Shown one piece after another: positions 38,001 through 47,524 of a stretch of 47,524 bases of DNA. Numbering within the stretch: the first letter of the stretch is position 1; each line of letters opens with the position of its first letter. The DNA is from Elusimicrobiota bacterium (lineage in GTDB: Bacteria > Elusimicrobiota > Elusimicrobia > Elusimicrobiales > UBA9959), in NCBI GenBank assembly GCA_027340875.1, contig DAIENX010000015.1:1-47524 (forward strand), given 5' to 3'. The position numbers and the translations under genes were made by a program. A model generated the notes under the pieces. It ran no database searches. It was not told the DNA's origin and saw only the letters and a program-made list of their open reading frames with translations.

Positions 38001-41000
38001 CAATCCGCCTGGGGCGGCGGTGTTTTCCACGCTTCCGCCGAATTGTACGACCCGGCATCCGGGACGTTCTCGCCCACCGGTCAGATGAACTCCCCTCACG
38101 TGGTGCATACAGCGACGCTGCTAGCCGACGGCAGGGTTCTGGTCGCGGGAGGGTATGACGTAAACATCACTTCTGCCGCAGAAGTCTACGATCCGGACAC
38201 CGGTCAGTTCTCTCCTACCGGCTCAATGCGGGAGGCCAGAGGATATTTCGACTCGGTATTGCTCGGGGACGGCAAGGTCCTCGTGGCCGGAGGTACTGCA
38301 GGATCCGACTATAAGGCGTCAGCGGAGTTGTACGATCCGGCCGCCGGCACGTTCTCGCCCACGGGTCCGATGAGTTATCCGAGGGTATATTCTTCCCTTA
38401 TCAGGCTTTCCAACGGGCGGGTGCTCGCCGCCGGAGGGGACGGCGGCGGCGTAGCGCTGTCGCAGGCGGACCTGTACGGGCATGCGCCGGCCGACGCGGT
38501 GCCCCCTACCCTGGCCGTGTTAAGCCCCGCTGACGGGTCTTACGTGAATTCGCTGGCGTCTATAACCGGCACGGCGGCGGACGACACTGCGGTGGCCGCG
38601 GTGGCGGTTTCCATGCAGGACGGCGGCACCGGGAAATACTGGAACGGCTCTTCGTGGGCTTCGGGGCGGTCCTGGCTTAACGCGAATGTGTACCAGTCCT
38701 CCTGGACCTATTCCTTGCTGCCGGCGCTGGCGGACGGTTCCACTTATATCGTGACGGCGCGGGCCATGGACACCGCCGGCAACTGGTCTTCCGCCTATTC
38801 CACCGGCACTTTTGTCTATGACGCTACGCCGCCGCTGTCGGCTGTCACGGTGCCTTCTGGCGGGGTGATAAATTCCCTCTCCGGCATCAGCGGCACCGCG
38901 GCCGACTCTGCTTCCGGAGTGGCGCAGGTCTGGGTCAAAGTGCGGCGCGGTTCCGACGGCTACTTCTGGAACGGGGCGGCCTCCCAATGGACCTCCACGG
39001 CGGCCTGGAATTTCGCCGCGGGGACTTCCGCGTGGACCTATGCCGGGCTGACGTCCTCCCATCTTAGCCCCGGCGGCACCTATTACGCCGTCTCTCGCGC
39101 GGCAGATATTGCCGGCAACGTACAGTCCTCCGAGGCGCTGACAAGCACGTTCACCTATGTGATACCGTTGTTGAGCTCCGCGCCGTTCAGCGGCGTGGGC
39201 TCCAGCTCTATGACGGTGAACTGTGGGAGCAGTTTCATCTCCGGGACCGTCTATTATCTGCGCCTCTCCACCGCGCCTGATGCCGCCCTCTCCGTCTTTG
39301 CCGCCACCGATACTACCTCGTCGCACGATTTTTCCGGCCTTACGCCGAATACCAGCTATTACGGCTATGTCTCGACGGAGCCGGGCGCCGGCTATATGCT
39401 TTCCGACGTGAGGGCCACGCTGGCCGCGCCGCCGTCCTCCCCGGTATTCACTGGGGTCTATTATTCCAGCTTCGTGTTCACCTGGAGCGAGGGCGACAAC
39501 CCGGCGCTCAGGACCCGCTATGAGTACAGTATCTCGGGATCGACGTCCTTCGCCTCTTCTTTCTCAGGTTCCGGCCTGGTCGGTACGGTGACTATAACCG
39601 GCCGGCCCGAGGGCAGCACCTGGTACGCCCGTGTAAGGGCGATAAACATCAACGGTATTCCCACGCCGTACGTCTATGCCGGCCCGATAACGACGCTTGT
39701 ACATCCGGCGTCCGGCCTCGTGGCCGGGCTGGACGGCGCGGCGGTGGGGACCAGTTCGGTGGCCTGGCACTGGGGAGCGGGCAGCGTGACGCAGGCCGAC
39801 GGTTACGGCGTGTTCGCCGCCAGCGGCGGCGCGCTGGGCTCCGTGGCCTTCAGCACGGCCGGCGCGTCATTCGTGCAGGACGGCCTGCCGCCTAATATGC
39901 CTGCCTCGGTGCGGGTCGGCGCGTACACGGACGGAGGGTATGGCGACCTGGCGCAGTCTGCCACCTATTTTACGCTGGCAGCCGAGCCTTCCGGTCTCGT
40001 GGCGGGGACGGTATTCGCCACCAGCGCCACGTTCTTCTGGGGCCTCAACGGCAACCCTGCCGGCACTTCGGCCCGCGTGCAGCTGGTAGGCGGCGCTACC
40101 TCGGCCACGGCGGACACTTCCTATACTGCTACCGGCCTGCTGGGCTGCACCAGCTATTACTTCCGTGTCTGGAACGTGAACGGGGACGGCATCCCCACTC
40201 AGTACGGACAGCTGGGGCCCCTGCTCACCGGCAGTCCTGTCCCGCTGCCGCCCGGTAACCTGTACGCCCAGCCTCTGCCGGTAAGCCGCGTCTACCTCTC
40301 CTGGGAGCCGGCGCCTTTTGAGGGCATAACAGGTTATAACCTGTATTATGATGACGGCACGGGGACCATAGATTACGATACCTCTCTCGCCTCGCTGACC
40401 GCGGCGCAGACCTCCTACACCACCGGCGTTCTGACTTCGAGCGCGGCCTATAAGTTCGGCCTGAGGGCCGTGCACCGCTGCGGAACGGAGGAGAAGAACA
40501 CCTCGGTCACGGCCATGTCGCCTTCGGTCTACAGCATCACCGGGGTGAAGGCCGCCATCAAGGTGCCGCAGACCGGCAAGCGCGTCAACGGCAACAGCGT
40601 CACGGTGATGGCTGAGCTGACGGCCGGGACCGTGGCGGAGACGAAGCACGTGCGTTTCCAGTACAAGGCGTCCACCTCTTCGTCCTGGCTGGACATAGCC
40701 CCGAGCGATCCCGCCAACCACCCCAACCCCGACGTTACGGCGCCCTACTTCGTGCACTGGAACGTCACCTCGCTGGCGCCGGGCGCCTATGACCTGAGAG
40801 CGGTGGCCACCGATAACGGGAATTCGGCCGATGCCTCGCCTTCGGCTATAACGATAGCGGTGGATGCCGTGGAGCCGGACATAGTGGAGAGCGCCTCCGG
40901 CGGCAAGGTTACCAAGCAGCAGGTGGTGAACAACCTGGTCCCCAACACGCTGCAGGCCGCCGATTCCGGCTCGGCGCAGGTCACCAAGGTGGTCATCCCG

Positions 41001-41660
41001 GCCGGCGCGCTGGACTACAGTACGTCTACCGTCTCCGTCACCAACGACCCGCCGCTGGCCCCGCCCGACCCCGACGACGCGGAGCCCGCCGGCGTGATCA
41101 CCGAGGTCACGCTGACCAACCAGAGCGCGCTGGCCGGCGGCCAGACCGCGGAGGTCACTCTGGCCTTCCCCGACGCCGACAACGACGGAATAGTGGACGG
41201 CACTACGCTGCACGCCAGCAAACTGGAGATGTACTCGGCCCACAGCGCCGCCGGCCCGTGGCAGCGGGACCTTTCCTCGGTAGTGGACCTGGCGGCCAAG
41301 AAGGTCACCGGCCACACCACCCATTTCAGCTTCTTCGCTTTGTTCGCGCCGCTGGCGGCCAACCTCAGTTCCGCCCGGGCCTACCCGGTGCCGTGGAAAC
41401 CGGGTTCCGGCGGCAGGTTCGACTCGCCGGCCGGAGTGGACGGCATCGTGTTCGACAACCTGACCGACAAGGCCGAGATAAGGATATTCACGGTAACCGG
41501 CCAGCTGGTGCGCAAGCTGAGCGTCACCGCGGCCGACCTCGGCTATAAGGTGTGGAACGGCAATAACGCCGCCGGGCTGAAGGCGGGCAGCGGCGTGTAC
41601 ATAGTGCATATCAAGTCGGGCTCCAAAGAGAAAATTATCAAGATAGCGGTGGAGAGATGA
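32034..41660 (+). CDS. Giant (~3,200 aa) exported Kelch/beta-propeller/Ig/FN3 protein with T9SS-CTD/FlgD-like C-terminus
   Basis: Kelch-like RxxHTATLLxxGKVL...AELYDP in three blocks; Ig-like [12 protein letters not shown] repeats; FN3-like repeats; terminal YPVPW...IRIFT..G.LVR...WNG.N..G...SGVYI; start 32034 chosen for its SD and signal peptide (ORF is open from 31872). Confidence 0.85.
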   Translation: MLGFLHGGVERTGRRIIMGLACAGFSCLYAGDLSAADQITGSLVTARYSHTATLLPDGKVLVTGGQGSSYLASAEIYDPGTGVFSSTGAMSVPRYMHAATLLRNGKVLVSGGYTDPPVYYPSGAELFDPQTGSFSGAGTMVNPREDHTATLLNDGRVLIAGGFNFGDVPGAEIYDPALSSFTATGAMVSPRRFHKATLLANGKVLITGGYNSSGTLSTAELYDPASGTFSATGSMSVPRYYHTSTLLPNGKVLITGGLEYSPPYSSAELYDPETGTFSPAGGMTAARELHTATLLPDGRVYIAAGRNGSYLDTAEIYDPGSGIFASTNSLAGGLRAVHTATQLQDGRILFSGGMYNGSAIATASLYTPPLHPAPGTLTSLAAAPAGYVGALTLSWIAPGNDGTVGTLGSGSEFYVQYSTSYGVSWSTASAQVVVSTSGVPAGGLVSSRIGGLDPGATYYLAVWHQDESGNLSGVSNIAASVAKPFPAVTVTRTLNPDGTWRVNFPTGYSGYTFNGLALDATGHMYLTGNVSNGQNVDEFVHKYDQSGNLLLAKYYNGADNCGESAVTDVAVDRVSGAVYLVGSECMTAPSSVDLLLKYGADGRMEWKRTQKGTSATEGQGLYAVTVDDQGNVYVGGSVSSGGDRNSWVAKYGPSGNMLWASTHTFSLNYDWVNSLTLSGGYVYAAGSADMSSLGQGQNGTVWKLDAATGTEQWVKVYNGAANRNEDALAIAADTSGYLYIAGDEQLASGDVALLSQKRDPAGNTVWSSTDNYISGGTDIYRSLQIGLDGNIYEGGTAGDPVNGQDILLTRRGLDGSLLGAYSADIAGGNEEVDEAVPFGSMLLLAGYTTIGGQKQNFLQQLKMSDLILPDTSAPSVAVLTPADGAYVNSLTSITGTAADNVAVASVTVSIRRLSDGNYWGGAAWAASQAWLNATLFPSSWTYSNMPIWADGSTYTVTARAMDTAGNWSSAYSTSTFVFSLAFSPTVSMSVGRSGFGGVLLQNGKVLVAGGANTGGNLSSAELYDPVLATFTVTGSMSVVRFFQRMTLLPNGKVLVSGGTSANNQSYASAELYDPVSGTFSLTGSMSTSRLYHTATLLPNGKVLVAGGAVSGGITVTSSADLYDPATGTFTPTGSMSVPRNAHTATLLRNGKVLIAGGQSGWGGGTRYASAELYDPASGTFSPAGNMGAARVVHTATLFADGRVLVAGGYGVATSSSAEIYDPDTGQFTPTGSMGVTRMYFDAVLLGDSKVLVAGGSSGSAPLASAELYDPAAGTFSPTGPMSYPRQYCNLISLADGRVLAAGGDGGGVALSQADLYGHAPADSVPPTLAVLSPADGTYVNSLAAIAGTAADDSAMAAVAVSMLDGGTGKYWNGSSWAAGRSWLNANVYQSSWTYSLLPALADGSTYTVTARAMDTAGNWSSAYSTSTFVYDISSPAATILTPANGARITSLASVSGSAADISPLDFPRLRIYDVALNRYWKGGTGTCGITVLPGWVNTDCPGFPEIWNVAAGSTSVGGALSWGFDSSQVSWPNRDNELRIEVKNTDQAGNYGVAVATFSFDNIPPNSRVTYPADGGSYTSITGISGTSIDLTSAITDVRIRMWYLSGVTTYYWQPTVPHWVSADTGWWSVAGAAGPKITVNLWTYSNSDFTSTGTANYAWQEGTHDGQQGKTFYVVTRAVDAATNQEIGYSTRSFVYGTAPDVQPPVAGIVSPPNGEILNSISQIYGTAADNVAVASVTVSIQRLSDGNYWGGAAWAASQAWLNATLLPSSWTYSNMPIWADGSTYTVTARAMDTAGNWSSAYSTGTFVVSLAFSPTVSMSVGRSAFGGVLLQNGKVLIAGGANTGGNLSSAELYDPVLSTFTATGSMSVIRFFQCMTLLPNGKVLVSGGTSANNQAYASAELYDPATGTFSPTGSMSTSRRHHTATLLPNGKVLVTGGGVNGGFVVTASADLYDPATGMFTPTGSMSVPRTAHTATLLRNGKVLITGGQSAWGGGVFHASAELYDPASGTFSPTGQMNSPHVVHTATLLADGRVLVAGGYDVNITSAAEVYDPDTGQFSPTGSMREARGYFDSVLLGDGKVLVAGGTAGSDYKASAELYDPAAGTFSPTGPMSYPRVYSSLIRLSNGRVLAAGGDGGGVALSQADLYGHAPADAVPPTLAVLSPADGSYVNSLASITGTAADDTAVAAVAVSMQDGGTGKYWNGSSWASGRSWLNANVYQSSWTYSLLPALADGSTYIVTARAMDTAGNWSSAYSTGTFVYDATPPLSAVTVPSGGVINSLSGISGTAADSASGVAQVWVKVRRGSDGYFWNGAASQWTSTAAWNFAAGTSAWTYAGLTSSHLSPGGTYYAVSRAADIAGNVQSSEALTSTFTYVIPLLSSAPFSGVGSSSMTVNCGSSFISGTVYYLRLSTAPDAALSVFAATDTTSSHDFSGLTPNTSYYGYVSTEPGAGYMLSDVRATLAAPPSSPVFTGVYYSSFVFTWSEGDNPALRTRYEYSISGSTSFASSFSGSGLVGTVTITGRPEGSTWYARVRAININGIPTPYVYAGPITTLVHPASGLVAGLDGAAVGTSSVAWHWGAGSVTQADGYGVFAASGGALGSVAFSTAGASFVQDGLPPNMPASVRVGAYTDGGYGDLAQSATYFTLAAEPSGLVAGTVFATSATFFWGLNGNPAGTSARVQLVGGATSATADTSYTATGLLGCTSYYFRVWNVNGDGIPTQYGQLGPLLTGSPVPLPPGNLYAQPLPVSRVYLSWEPAPFEGITGYNLYYDDGTGTIDYDTSLASLTAAQTSYTTGVLTSSAAYKFGLRAVHRCGTEEKNTSVTAMSPSVYSITGVKAAIKVPQTGKRVNGNSVTVMAELTAGTVAETKHVRFQYKASTSSSWLDIAPSDPANHPNPDVTAPYFVHWNVTSLAPGAYDLRAVATDNGNSADASPSAITIAVDAVEPDIVESASGGKVTKQQVVNNLVPNTLQAADSGSAQVTKVVIPAGALDYSTSTVSVTNDPPLAPPDPDDAEPAGVITEVTLTNQSALAGGQTAEVTLAFPDADNDGIVDGTTLHASKLEMYSAHSAAGPWQRDLSSVVDLAAKKVTGHTTHFSFFALFAPLAANLSSARAYPVPWKPGSGGRFDSPAGVDGIVFDNLTDKAEIRIFTVTGQLVRKLSVTAADLGYKVWNGNNAAGLKAGSGVYIVHIKSGSKEKIIKIAVER
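34716..38821 (+). repeat. ~1.6-kb intragenic direct duplication (34716-36325 and 37212-38821, offset 2496)
   Basis: Near-identical DNA at the Ig-like ends and a more diverged Kelch interior; the offset is in frame. Confidence 0.9.
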
Positions 41661-42577
41661 AAAAGACGGCGCTCACGGTCATTGCCCTCGCGGCGTGCTT
41701 AACGGCTCGCCCGGGGCTTTGCGCCGACAAGACGGGCACCGGCACGGCCGGCTTCCTGAAGCTGCCCGTTGACGCGCGCAGCGCCGCCTTGGGTGGGGGC
41801 TCTGCCGCGCCCGCGCCCGGCGGCCTGTCGCTGTTCCGCAACCCGGCGTCCCTGGCGGTCAACGCCTCGCCCGCCTTCGCCTTCGGCCACGCCATGCTGG
41901 TGGAGGACCTTTCGTACGACGTGCTGGGCGCGGCCGTGCCGCTGGGCGGCGGCGTGCTGGGAGCCGGCGCGCAGTACCTGCGCTACGGCAGCATGGATTC
42001 GCTGGACAATACCGGCGCGCCCGCCGGCAGCCTGTCGCCGCGCGACAGCGCCGCGGCCCTGGGGTATGGACTTGAACTCGGCGAGGATATCTTCGCTGGA
42101 GCGGCGGTAAGGCAGATCAGCTCCAGGATCTCCGGCTCCGCCTCTACGCTGTCGCTGGACCTGGGCCTGGCCATGAACGGCGACGAGGTGAACGTGGGCG
42201 TGGCCGCGCAGAACATGGGCAAGGGGCTCAAGTTCAACAAGGAGGAGTCCCCGCTGCCGGTGAACGTGAAGCTGGGCGCGGTCATCCACTACAGCGAGCG
42301 CTGGCAATGGCTGCTGGACTTCAATTTCCCCAAGGACGCCAGGACCTGGGTTGGCGCCGGGGCCGAATACGCCATAGCCAGGGGCGCCGGTTGGGCGCTG
42401 TTCGGCCGCGCCGGATACAGCACTGAGGCTCTGGACACCAAGGAGCTCAACGGCCTTACCGCGGGTTTCGGCCTTTCGCGCGGGAATATCTCCATCGATT
42501 ACGCCTTCCGGACCATGGGCATGCTGGGCAGCACCCATCACCTGGGCCTGAACTACGGCCTCGGCAAGGCGGAATGA
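41657..42577 (+). CDS. PorV/PorQ-like (UPF0164) outer-membrane beta-barrel
   Basis: [25 protein letters not shown]...[20 protein letters not shown] overlap with the giant gene. Confidence 0.8.
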   Translation: MKKTALTVIALAACLTARPGLCADKTGTGTAGFLKLPVDARSAALGGGSAAPAPGGLSLFRNPASLAVNASPAFAFGHAMLVEDLSYDVLGAAVPLGGGVLGAGAQYLRYGSMDSLDNTGAPAGSLSPRDSAAALGYGLELGEDIFAGAAVRQISSRISGSASTLSLDLGLAMNGDEVNVGVAAQNMGKGLKFNKEESPLPVNVKLGAVIHYSERWQWLLDFNFPKDARTWVGAGAEYAIARGAGWALFGRAGYSTEALDTKELNGLTAGFGLSRGNISIDYAFRTMGMLGSTHHLGLNYGLGKAE

Positions 42578-42671
42578 CGCCGCGCAGGGCATGCCGGTCT
42601 CATCTGCTCGCGTCTAAGCGGCGTTCTGCTTATTGATGTCTCCGATTATAAGTTCCTCATTTACAACGCGA

Positions 42672-42703
42672 AGCCGCCGGGGACCCCGGCGGCCCGGTTT
42701 TTT
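42672..42703 (+). terminator. Probable intrinsic terminator
   Basis: GCCGCCGGGG-A-CCCCGGCGGC followed by CCGGTTTTTT. Confidence 0.6.
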
Positions 42704-42765
42704 CCAGCTGTATCTCCGCTCCGCCGGGGATTTAAACTATAATACCCGGAGGACCGCTTTTCCCG

Positions 42766-42791
42766 GCAACTGTCGGGGAAGGATCCCCGTA
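42766..42791 (+). promoter_or_regulatory. SigW-like ECF promoter (copy 1)
   Basis: GCAAC-N17-CGTA directly upstream of the ECF gene. Confidence 0.6.
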
Positions 42792-42797
42792 TACTGA

Positions 42798-43367
42798 ATG
42801 ATGGGCGGAGATGAAAAGGAGCTGGTGAGCCGCTGGCTGGGCGGCGACGCCGAGGCGTTCGGCGCCCTGGTGGAGCTTTACCAGGACCGGATATACAGCT
42901 TCGCTCTGCGGCTGCTGAAGGACCAGTCAGCCGCGGAGGAGGCCGCGCAGGAGGCCTTCGTCAAAGCCTTCCGGGCCTCCTCCACCTATAACCCCGCCTA
43001 CCCCTTCTCCTCCTGGCTGTTCCGTATAGCCCATAACGCCTGCATGGACGCCCTGCGCGCCGGCGGCCGCAATGTTTCCATAGACACCGAGGATTTCCCG
43101 GAGATCCCGGACGGGGCCCAGCGCCCGGCCGAGGCCGTGGAGGAGTCGCTGGACGAAGAGCGCATAGAAGCCCTTCTGGCCTCGCTGCCGCCCATCTACA
43201 GCGAGGCCCTGCTTCTGCAGTACAAGGAGAACATGGGCCCGGCGGAGATAGCCCGAGTGCTGGGCGTGCCGGAAGGCACCGTGAAGGCCCGGCTTTTCAG
43301 GGGCCGGGAGCTTATAAAGGCGAAATTGGCGCCCTCCGACGCAACCGCCGGGTGCCCGAAGCCGTAG
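42798..43367 (+). CDS. ECF sigma-70 factor (SigW-like)
   Basis: AFGALVELYQ, AEEAAQEAFVK, FSSWLFRIAHN, EIARVLGVPEGTVKARLFR. Confidence 0.9.
   Translation: MMGGDEKELVSRWLGGDAEAFGALVELYQDRIYSFALRLLKDQSAAEEAAQEAFVKAFRASSTYNPAYPFSSWLFRIAHNACMDALRAGGRNVSIDTEDFPEIPDGAQRPAEAVEESLDEERIEALLASLPPIYSEALLLQYKENMGPAEIARVLGVPEGTVKARLFRGRELIKAKLAPSDATAGCPKP
43341..43366 (+). promoter_or_regulatory. SigW-like ECF promoter (copy 2), inside the sigma gene 3' end
   Basis: GCAAC-N17-CGTA, same spacing as 42766; followed by SD AGGAGAGG. Confidence 0.6.
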
Positions 43368-43382
43368 TACAGGAGAGGACAT

Positions 43383-43847
43383 ATGAACGCCGACAGGAAC
43401 GACGAGCTGATAGCCAGAGCCATAGCGGGCCTTCCTTACAGAAAGGCCCCGGGCGGTTTCAGGGCCCGCGTGATGGCCCGGATCGCCGCGGAGCCGGCCC
43501 CGGTCTTCGACTGGCAGGCCGCCGTCCTTAAGGGCATGGGGATACTGGTGGCCGGCTGGACGGCCCTGCTGGGCGCGCTTTCCGCCGGCTTCATCTACAG
43601 AGGAATTTCAGGCTGGGGCGAGCTGCTGGCCCGGCCCGGCGGGTTCGGTCAGGCGCTGGACCTGGCCAAGGCCGGCGGCGCTCATCTGCTGGGCAAGCTG
43701 CCCGGGGCCGTATCGCTGGCCTCCGACCTTGGCAGGGTAGCGGTTTACGCCATGCCGCCCTGGTACGAGATAGCGGCCGCGGCGCTGGTCTGCGCCGCGG
43801 TGATAAAAGCGGTGCCGGGCGTGCGCCCCGCCGCCGGCAGGATCTGA
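43383..43847 (+). CDS. Putative membrane anti-sigma factor (no zinc finger)
   Basis: APGGFRARVMARI motif, 2 TM segments, directly downstream of the ECF gene. Confidence 0.65.
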   Translation: MNADRNDELIARAIAGLPYRKAPGGFRARVMARIAAEPAPVFDWQAAVLKGMGILVAGWTALLGALSAGFIYRGISGWGELLARPGGFGQALDLAKAGGAHLLGKLPGAVSLASDLGRVAVYAMPPWYEIAAAALVCAAVIKAVPGVRPAAGRI

Positions 43848-43876
43848 CGGGTAACTGAGGAAAGGGGAGAAATATC

Positions 43877-45049
43877 ATGAACATTAAAAAACTGCTGCTG
43901 CCGGCCGCGGGGATACTGCTTCTGTCGCAGGCCCTGTACGCCGCGAGGCCGATGGTGCGCCACGAGGACATAGTCGTCCCCAAGGGAGAGACCTTCCAGG
44001 GCGACGTGGCCACCGACAAGTCGCTGACCGTGGACGGCAAGCTGGACGGCGACGCCACCGCGGTAGGCGGGGCCTCGGTCACCATCAACGGCGAGCTGAC
44101 CGGCGACCTGGTCTCGATGGGCGGCGTGGTGAGCATACCGGGCCTGGTGGGCGGCGATGTATCCAGCATCGGCGGTCCGGTACGCATAAGCGGCCGCGTG
44201 GCAGGCAACGTCTCCGCCGTGGGCGGCGGCGTGGCCCTGATAGGCGCGGGAGAGGTCGACGGCGATATCTCGGCCCTCGGCGGCGGCGTGCAGAAGAGCG
44301 ACAGCGCCCGCCACAAGGGCTCTATCAACAGCTACAGCGCCGACGCGCTGCGGGACACGCTCACTCAGACCATGCGGACCGTCCGTTACTCCGTGCGCTA
44401 CGGCGGCGGGGATATGGAGAGGGACCATCACAGCCCCTGGCTGGTAGGCGGCCTCGTCGGCGCCGGGCTGGTCGTATTCTTCTCCATGCTCGCCACCGGC
44501 ATAGTACTGCTGATGCTGCCGGCCATCTTCTTCCCCAGGAACGTCGAGAACTCGGCCGCGGCCATCACCGGCGACATGTGGCGCGCCTGCGGCATAGGCG
44601 CGCTGACCGTGGTGGGCTTCTTCCCCGGCATGGTCATGATGGCGGTCTCCATACTCGGCCTGCCGCTTATCCCGTTCGTGCTGATGCTGGCCGCCGCGGC
44701 CGCCGTGCTGGGCCTGTCCGCCTTCAGCGTGCTGCTGCAGGACCGCTTCTTCACCGGCATCAAGAAGGCCGGGCCCGTAAGCCTGACCGGCAAGGTGGCC
44801 GCCGGCTACGCCATAATGGCGGGCCTGCTGTTCTTCGGCAAGCTGATACCCCTGATAGGCGGCCTGCTGTCGCTCATCGGCCTGATGCTGCTGGCCTTCG
44901 GCACCATGGTCGGCCTGGGCTCCGCCTGGATGACGCGCATGGGCAACAGGCTGCATGAACAGGTCCAGCCCAGGCATTCTGCTGCCCCGCCGGTCCAGTC
45001 CTCCGCGCCGGCCCCGCAGGATACCCCGCAGCCCCCGCCCGCGCAGTAA
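43877..45049 (+). CDS. Beta-helix (bactofilin/polymer-forming-like) repeat protein with multi-pass C-terminal membrane domain
   Basis: Signal peptide; repeats GDxxxxGGxVxIxGxV; 5-6 TM segments. Confidence 0.8.
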   Translation: MNIKKLLLPAAGILLLSQALYAARPMVRHEDIVVPKGETFQGDVATDKSLTVDGKLDGDATAVGGASVTINGELTGDLVSMGGVVSIPGLVGGDVSSIGGPVRISGRVAGNVSAVGGGVALIGAGEVDGDISALGGGVQKSDSARHKGSINSYSADALRDTLTQTMRTVRYSVRYGGGDMERDHHSPWLVGGLVGAGLVVFFSMLATGIVLLMLPAIFFPRNVENSAAAITGDMWRACGIGALTVVGFFPGMVMMAVSILGLPLIPFVLMLAAAAAVLGLSAFSVLLQDRFFTGIKKAGPVSLTGKVAAGYAIMAGLLFFGKLIPLIGGLLSLIGLMLLAFGTMVGLGSAWMTRMGNRLHEQVQPRHSAAPPVQSSAPAPQDTPQPPPAQ

Positions 45050-45079
45050 AGAACTGCGGCTTGCGGTAACGGCCCTCCG

Positions 45080-45101
45080 GCAGCGGGGGGCCGTTCTTTT
45101 T
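45080..45101 (+). terminator. Intrinsic terminator (3' arm; stem starts about 45068)
   Basis: AACGGCCCTCCG-GCAG-CGGGGGCCGTT followed by CTTTTT. Confidence 0.7.
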
Positions 45102-45163
45102 GCCCGGTAAAATGATAGTATCTGGCTATATCCGCGGCCGGGCCGCGTGCCACGGGGAGGCTT

Positions 45164-45820
45164 ATGAAAATTCTGCTCATTTCTTCCAGTCCGCACGAGA
45201 AGCGGAGCGTCACCTATTCCCTGGCGGCGAAGATCGCCGAGGGGGCGAAGGCCGCCGGCGCCGAGGTGGAGACCGTGCACCTGGCCGGCAAGAAGCTGCA
45301 GTTCTGCCACGCCTGCGAGGCCTGCCACCGCGCGCATATGACCTGCCACCTGAAGGACGACGCGCACCATATAATCCTCAAGATGCTCAACGCGGACGGC
45401 CTCATCCTCGCGGCCCCGAACTACCTGAACCAGGTGCCCGCCCAGCTCAAGACCCTGATGGACCGCACCTCGAACCTGATACACTGCCAGCGCCTGCTCG
45501 GCAAATACGCGGCCGGAGCGGTCACCTCCGGCAGCGGCAATAACGAACCGGTGGCCTCCTATCTGGGGGACTATGCCAGGCTCTGCGGCGCGCAGTACAC
45601 CGGAACCGCTGCCAGCGGTCCGGTGCCGGTAAAAAAGGATCTGGATGCCGCTTTTGCGCTTGGCGGCAGGCTGGCGTCCGACATCAAGGAAGGGGCCGTG
45701 TACGCCCAGCAGGCCAGGGAGATAGAGCAGCGCCGGGCTTATTTCGCCGAGATAGTAAAACGCCGGAAGTCCGACTGGGACGGAGAATTCCATTATTACT
45801 CCGAGAAGGGCTGGCTATAA
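45164..45820 (+). CDS. Iron-sulfur flavoprotein / flavodoxin-family protein
   Basis: ILLISSSPH; CHACEACHRAHMTC; ADGLILAAPNY; LKTLMDR. Confidence 0.88.
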   Translation: MKILLISSSPHEKRSVTYSLAAKIAEGAKAAGAEVETVHLAGKKLQFCHACEACHRAHMTCHLKDDAHHIILKMLNADGLILAAPNYLNQVPAQLKTLMDRTSNLIHCQRLLGKYAAGAVTSGSGNNEPVASYLGDYARLCGAQYTGTAASGPVPVKKDLDAAFALGGRLASDIKEGAVYAQQAREIEQRRAYFAEIVKRRKSDWDGEFHYYSEKGWL

Positions 45821-45870
45821 GCCGGTAATTTTTAGATAATGTTGATGAAAGTCAAGAAAACGGAGGGAGC

Positions 45871-46809
45871 ATGCGGATAAAACTTTACCTTTTCTTCATT
45901 CTTGCCGCGGCCGCGCTCTGCGCCCGCGCCGAGGCGCGCGACGCGGATTTTGACGGCGGAGCGGTAAAGGATTTCGTGGACTATACGCTGGACGCGTCCT
46001 ACGACGTGGACGGCCAGGCCGCGCCGGTAAGCCCGGACGGCAGCGTGATATACGCCAAGGGTTTCATTAAAAAGGACCTCCCAAGCGCCGCCTGGAAGTC
46101 GTTCAAGGACGCCAAGGTGCAGATACCGGACAAGCTGGACCTGCGCCCCGGCCTGACTCAGGTGGAGAACCAGGGTTTCTGCGGCAGCTGCTGGGCCTTC
46201 AGCCTGACCGCCACCCACCGCGACGGCCACGCGCTCGGCGACGGGGACCCGGGCCGCCTCTCCCAGGAATGGCTGGTGGAGCATTCCACCTACGCCCTCG
46301 GCTGCAAGGGCGGCTATTTCGATTCGGCCAACGACTTCATCGCCCCGAGGGGCCAGCCCCTCTACAGCGCCTGTCCCTATAAGCAAGGCCACGGCAAATG
46401 CGCCGCGGACCTGCCGGCCGCGGCCCGCATAAAGGCCTGGTACATGCTGGGCGAAAAGGGCCAGCCGCCGACCGTGCGCGACATAGAGGCCTACATGAAG
46501 CTTTCCGGCAAGCCCATCTCCATAGCCGTGGCCGCCGCCCAGGGCGGGTGGCAGAGCTACCGCGGCGGTATCTATTCAAAGTGCAGGTACGGCGAGCTGG
46601 ACCACATGATCAATATCGTCGGCTGGGACAACGAGGGCGCGCAGTTCGACGAGAGCGGCAACCTGCCCCCGGGCAAGGGCGTCTGGATACTGCGCAACAG
46701 CTGGGGCGCCTCCTGGGGCGAGAAAGGCTATATGCGCAGCAAGATGACCGATCCGGCCGGCAAGCGCTGCAACGCGGTGGCCGAGGAAGCCGCCTTCTTC
46801 GAGTTCTGA
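45871..46809 (+). CDS. Exported papain-family (C1A) cysteine protease
   Basis: NQGFCGSCWAF; DHMINIVGW; WILRNSWG..WGEKGY; signal peptide. Confidence 0.92.
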   Translation: MRIKLYLFFILAAAALCARAEARDADFDGGAVKDFVDYTLDASYDVDGQAAPVSPDGSVIYAKGFIKKDLPSAAWKSFKDAKVQIPDKLDLRPGLTQVENQGFCGSCWAFSLTATHRDGHALGDGDPGRLSQEWLVEHSTYALGCKGGYFDSANDFIAPRGQPLYSACPYKQGHGKCAADLPAAARIKAWYMLGEKGQPPTVRDIEAYMKLSGKPISIAVAAAQGGWQSYRGGIYSKCRYGELDHMINIVGWDNEGAQFDESGNLPPGKGVWILRNSWGASWGEKGYMRSKMTDPAGKRCNAVAEEAAFFEF

Positions 46810-46823
46810 AATGCTGCCGGGAT

Positions 46824-46890
46824 AGGTCCAAAGGCCTATCCCGGGCTTTCCCTTTAGGCCCCTGTACGCCTTTTCCGCTTTCGGTATAAT
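46824..46890 (+). promoter_or_regulatory. Paired 14-bp palindromic sites plus -10 box
   Basis: AGGTCCAAAGGCCT (46824), TTCCCTTTAGGCCC (46848), TATAAT (46885). Confidence 0.6.
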
Positions 46891-46943
46891 TTATTAATAG
46901 TTGTCGGGCAGTAGCAGAACTGGAAAACCATAAGGCAGGTCAA

Positions 46944-47524
46944 ATGAAGAAACTCACCTGGTTAGCCGCCCTCGCGTTCATTACTACGTTCTCCTCCGGG
47001 GCCTTCGCACTGGACCTCGGCAAGCCTCTCCCCAACTGGATAGACCATTCCCGCGAAAAGGCCGACGGCCGCGCCCCCGTTATGGCGCAGACCAAGGCCG
47101 CGCCGCCGGTGGGCTTCCGCATCCCGGCCGAATACGAGCCCGCGGCCGCCGTGGTGGTCGGCTGGGCCGGCTACACCGATATGCTCTCCGGCATAGCCCG
47201 CGCCGTCACCGGCCCCGGCCGCGCCCAGCTCTGGGCAGTGGCGGGTCCCTCCTCCATCTCCGGCGTCCCGGCCTCCAAGTACAGCAAGGTGCCGCTCCGT
47301 ATCAATACCGTCTGGATGCGCGACTACGGTCCGTTCGGCATCAGCGAGGACGGCACCCCCGGCATAGTGGACACGATCTACCGCCACTACCAGTACCGCC
47401 GCGACGACGACGCCCTTCCTTCCGCCCTGGCCAAGACCAAGGGCATAGAGTCCTTCGCGATGCCCATCATCCTGGACGGCGGCAACCTGATGGTGGACAG
47501 CAAGGGCGACCTGTTCATGACCAA
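46944..47524 (+). CDS. Exported peptidylarginine/agmatine deiminase family protein (truncated by window end; not in the ORF track)
   Basis: Translated by hand: MKKLTWLAALAF signal peptide; RIPAEYEP; VWMRDYGP; ILDGGNL. Confidence 0.85.
   Translation, partial: MKKLTWLAALAFITTFSSGAFALDLGKPLPNWIDHSREKADGRAPVMAQTKAAPPVGFRIPAEYEPAAAVVVGWAGYTDMLSGIARAVTGPGRAQLWAVAGPSSISGVPASKYSKVPLRINTVWMRDYGPFGISEDGTPGIVDTIYRHYQYRRDDDALPSALAKTKGIESFAMPIILDGGNLMVDSKGDLFMT

Noticed and set aside
34716..38821. The intragenic duplication as a diversity-generating retroelement TR/VR pair
   Set aside because: Both copies are in-frame coding, differences are not adenine-specific, and there is no reverse transcriptase in the window
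160..42703. Recurrent GCCGCC...GGCGGC hairpins (160, 2309, 5731, 8006, 12386, 42672) as a REP family or integron attC sites
   Set aside because: They lie downstream of stop codons, mostly with T-tails, which fits ordinary intrinsic terminators; there are no RYYYAAC/GTTRRRY boxes and no integrase

Overview
GC-rich bacterial chromosomal window with about 41 protein-coding genes and no rRNA, tRNA, CRISPR array or transposase. The gene content and heavy use of the ATA Ile codon suggest Elusimicrobiota, but that is an inference. Most genes encode envelope, secreted or signalling proteins. These include a DUF4892-OmpA-PASTA protein, two ECF sigma/anti-sigma modules (one divergent to an exported VIT-vWA protein), an exported R-S-E ADP-ribosyltransferase and a matrixin-type metalloprotease. 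Also present are a dockerin-like protein, a six-repeat exported protein, DsbD/TlpA redox genes, RNase HI, RecD-like and AddB-like DNA enzymes, and a papain-like protease. A ~3,200-aa Kelch/Ig/FN3 protein with a T9SS-like C-terminal domain is coupled to a PorV-like barrel, and a peptidylarginine/agmatine deiminase is cut by the window end. The most notable signals are non-coding. (1) A paired 14-bp palindrome sits at an identical distance from the -10 box of four unrelated exported-protein genes. (2) Two related, highly base-paired intergenic elements (3123-3357, 9668-9804) share termini. (3) Both ECF modules carry matched promoter pairs. (4) A MarR operator pair is present. (5) Leaderless gene starts are frequent.
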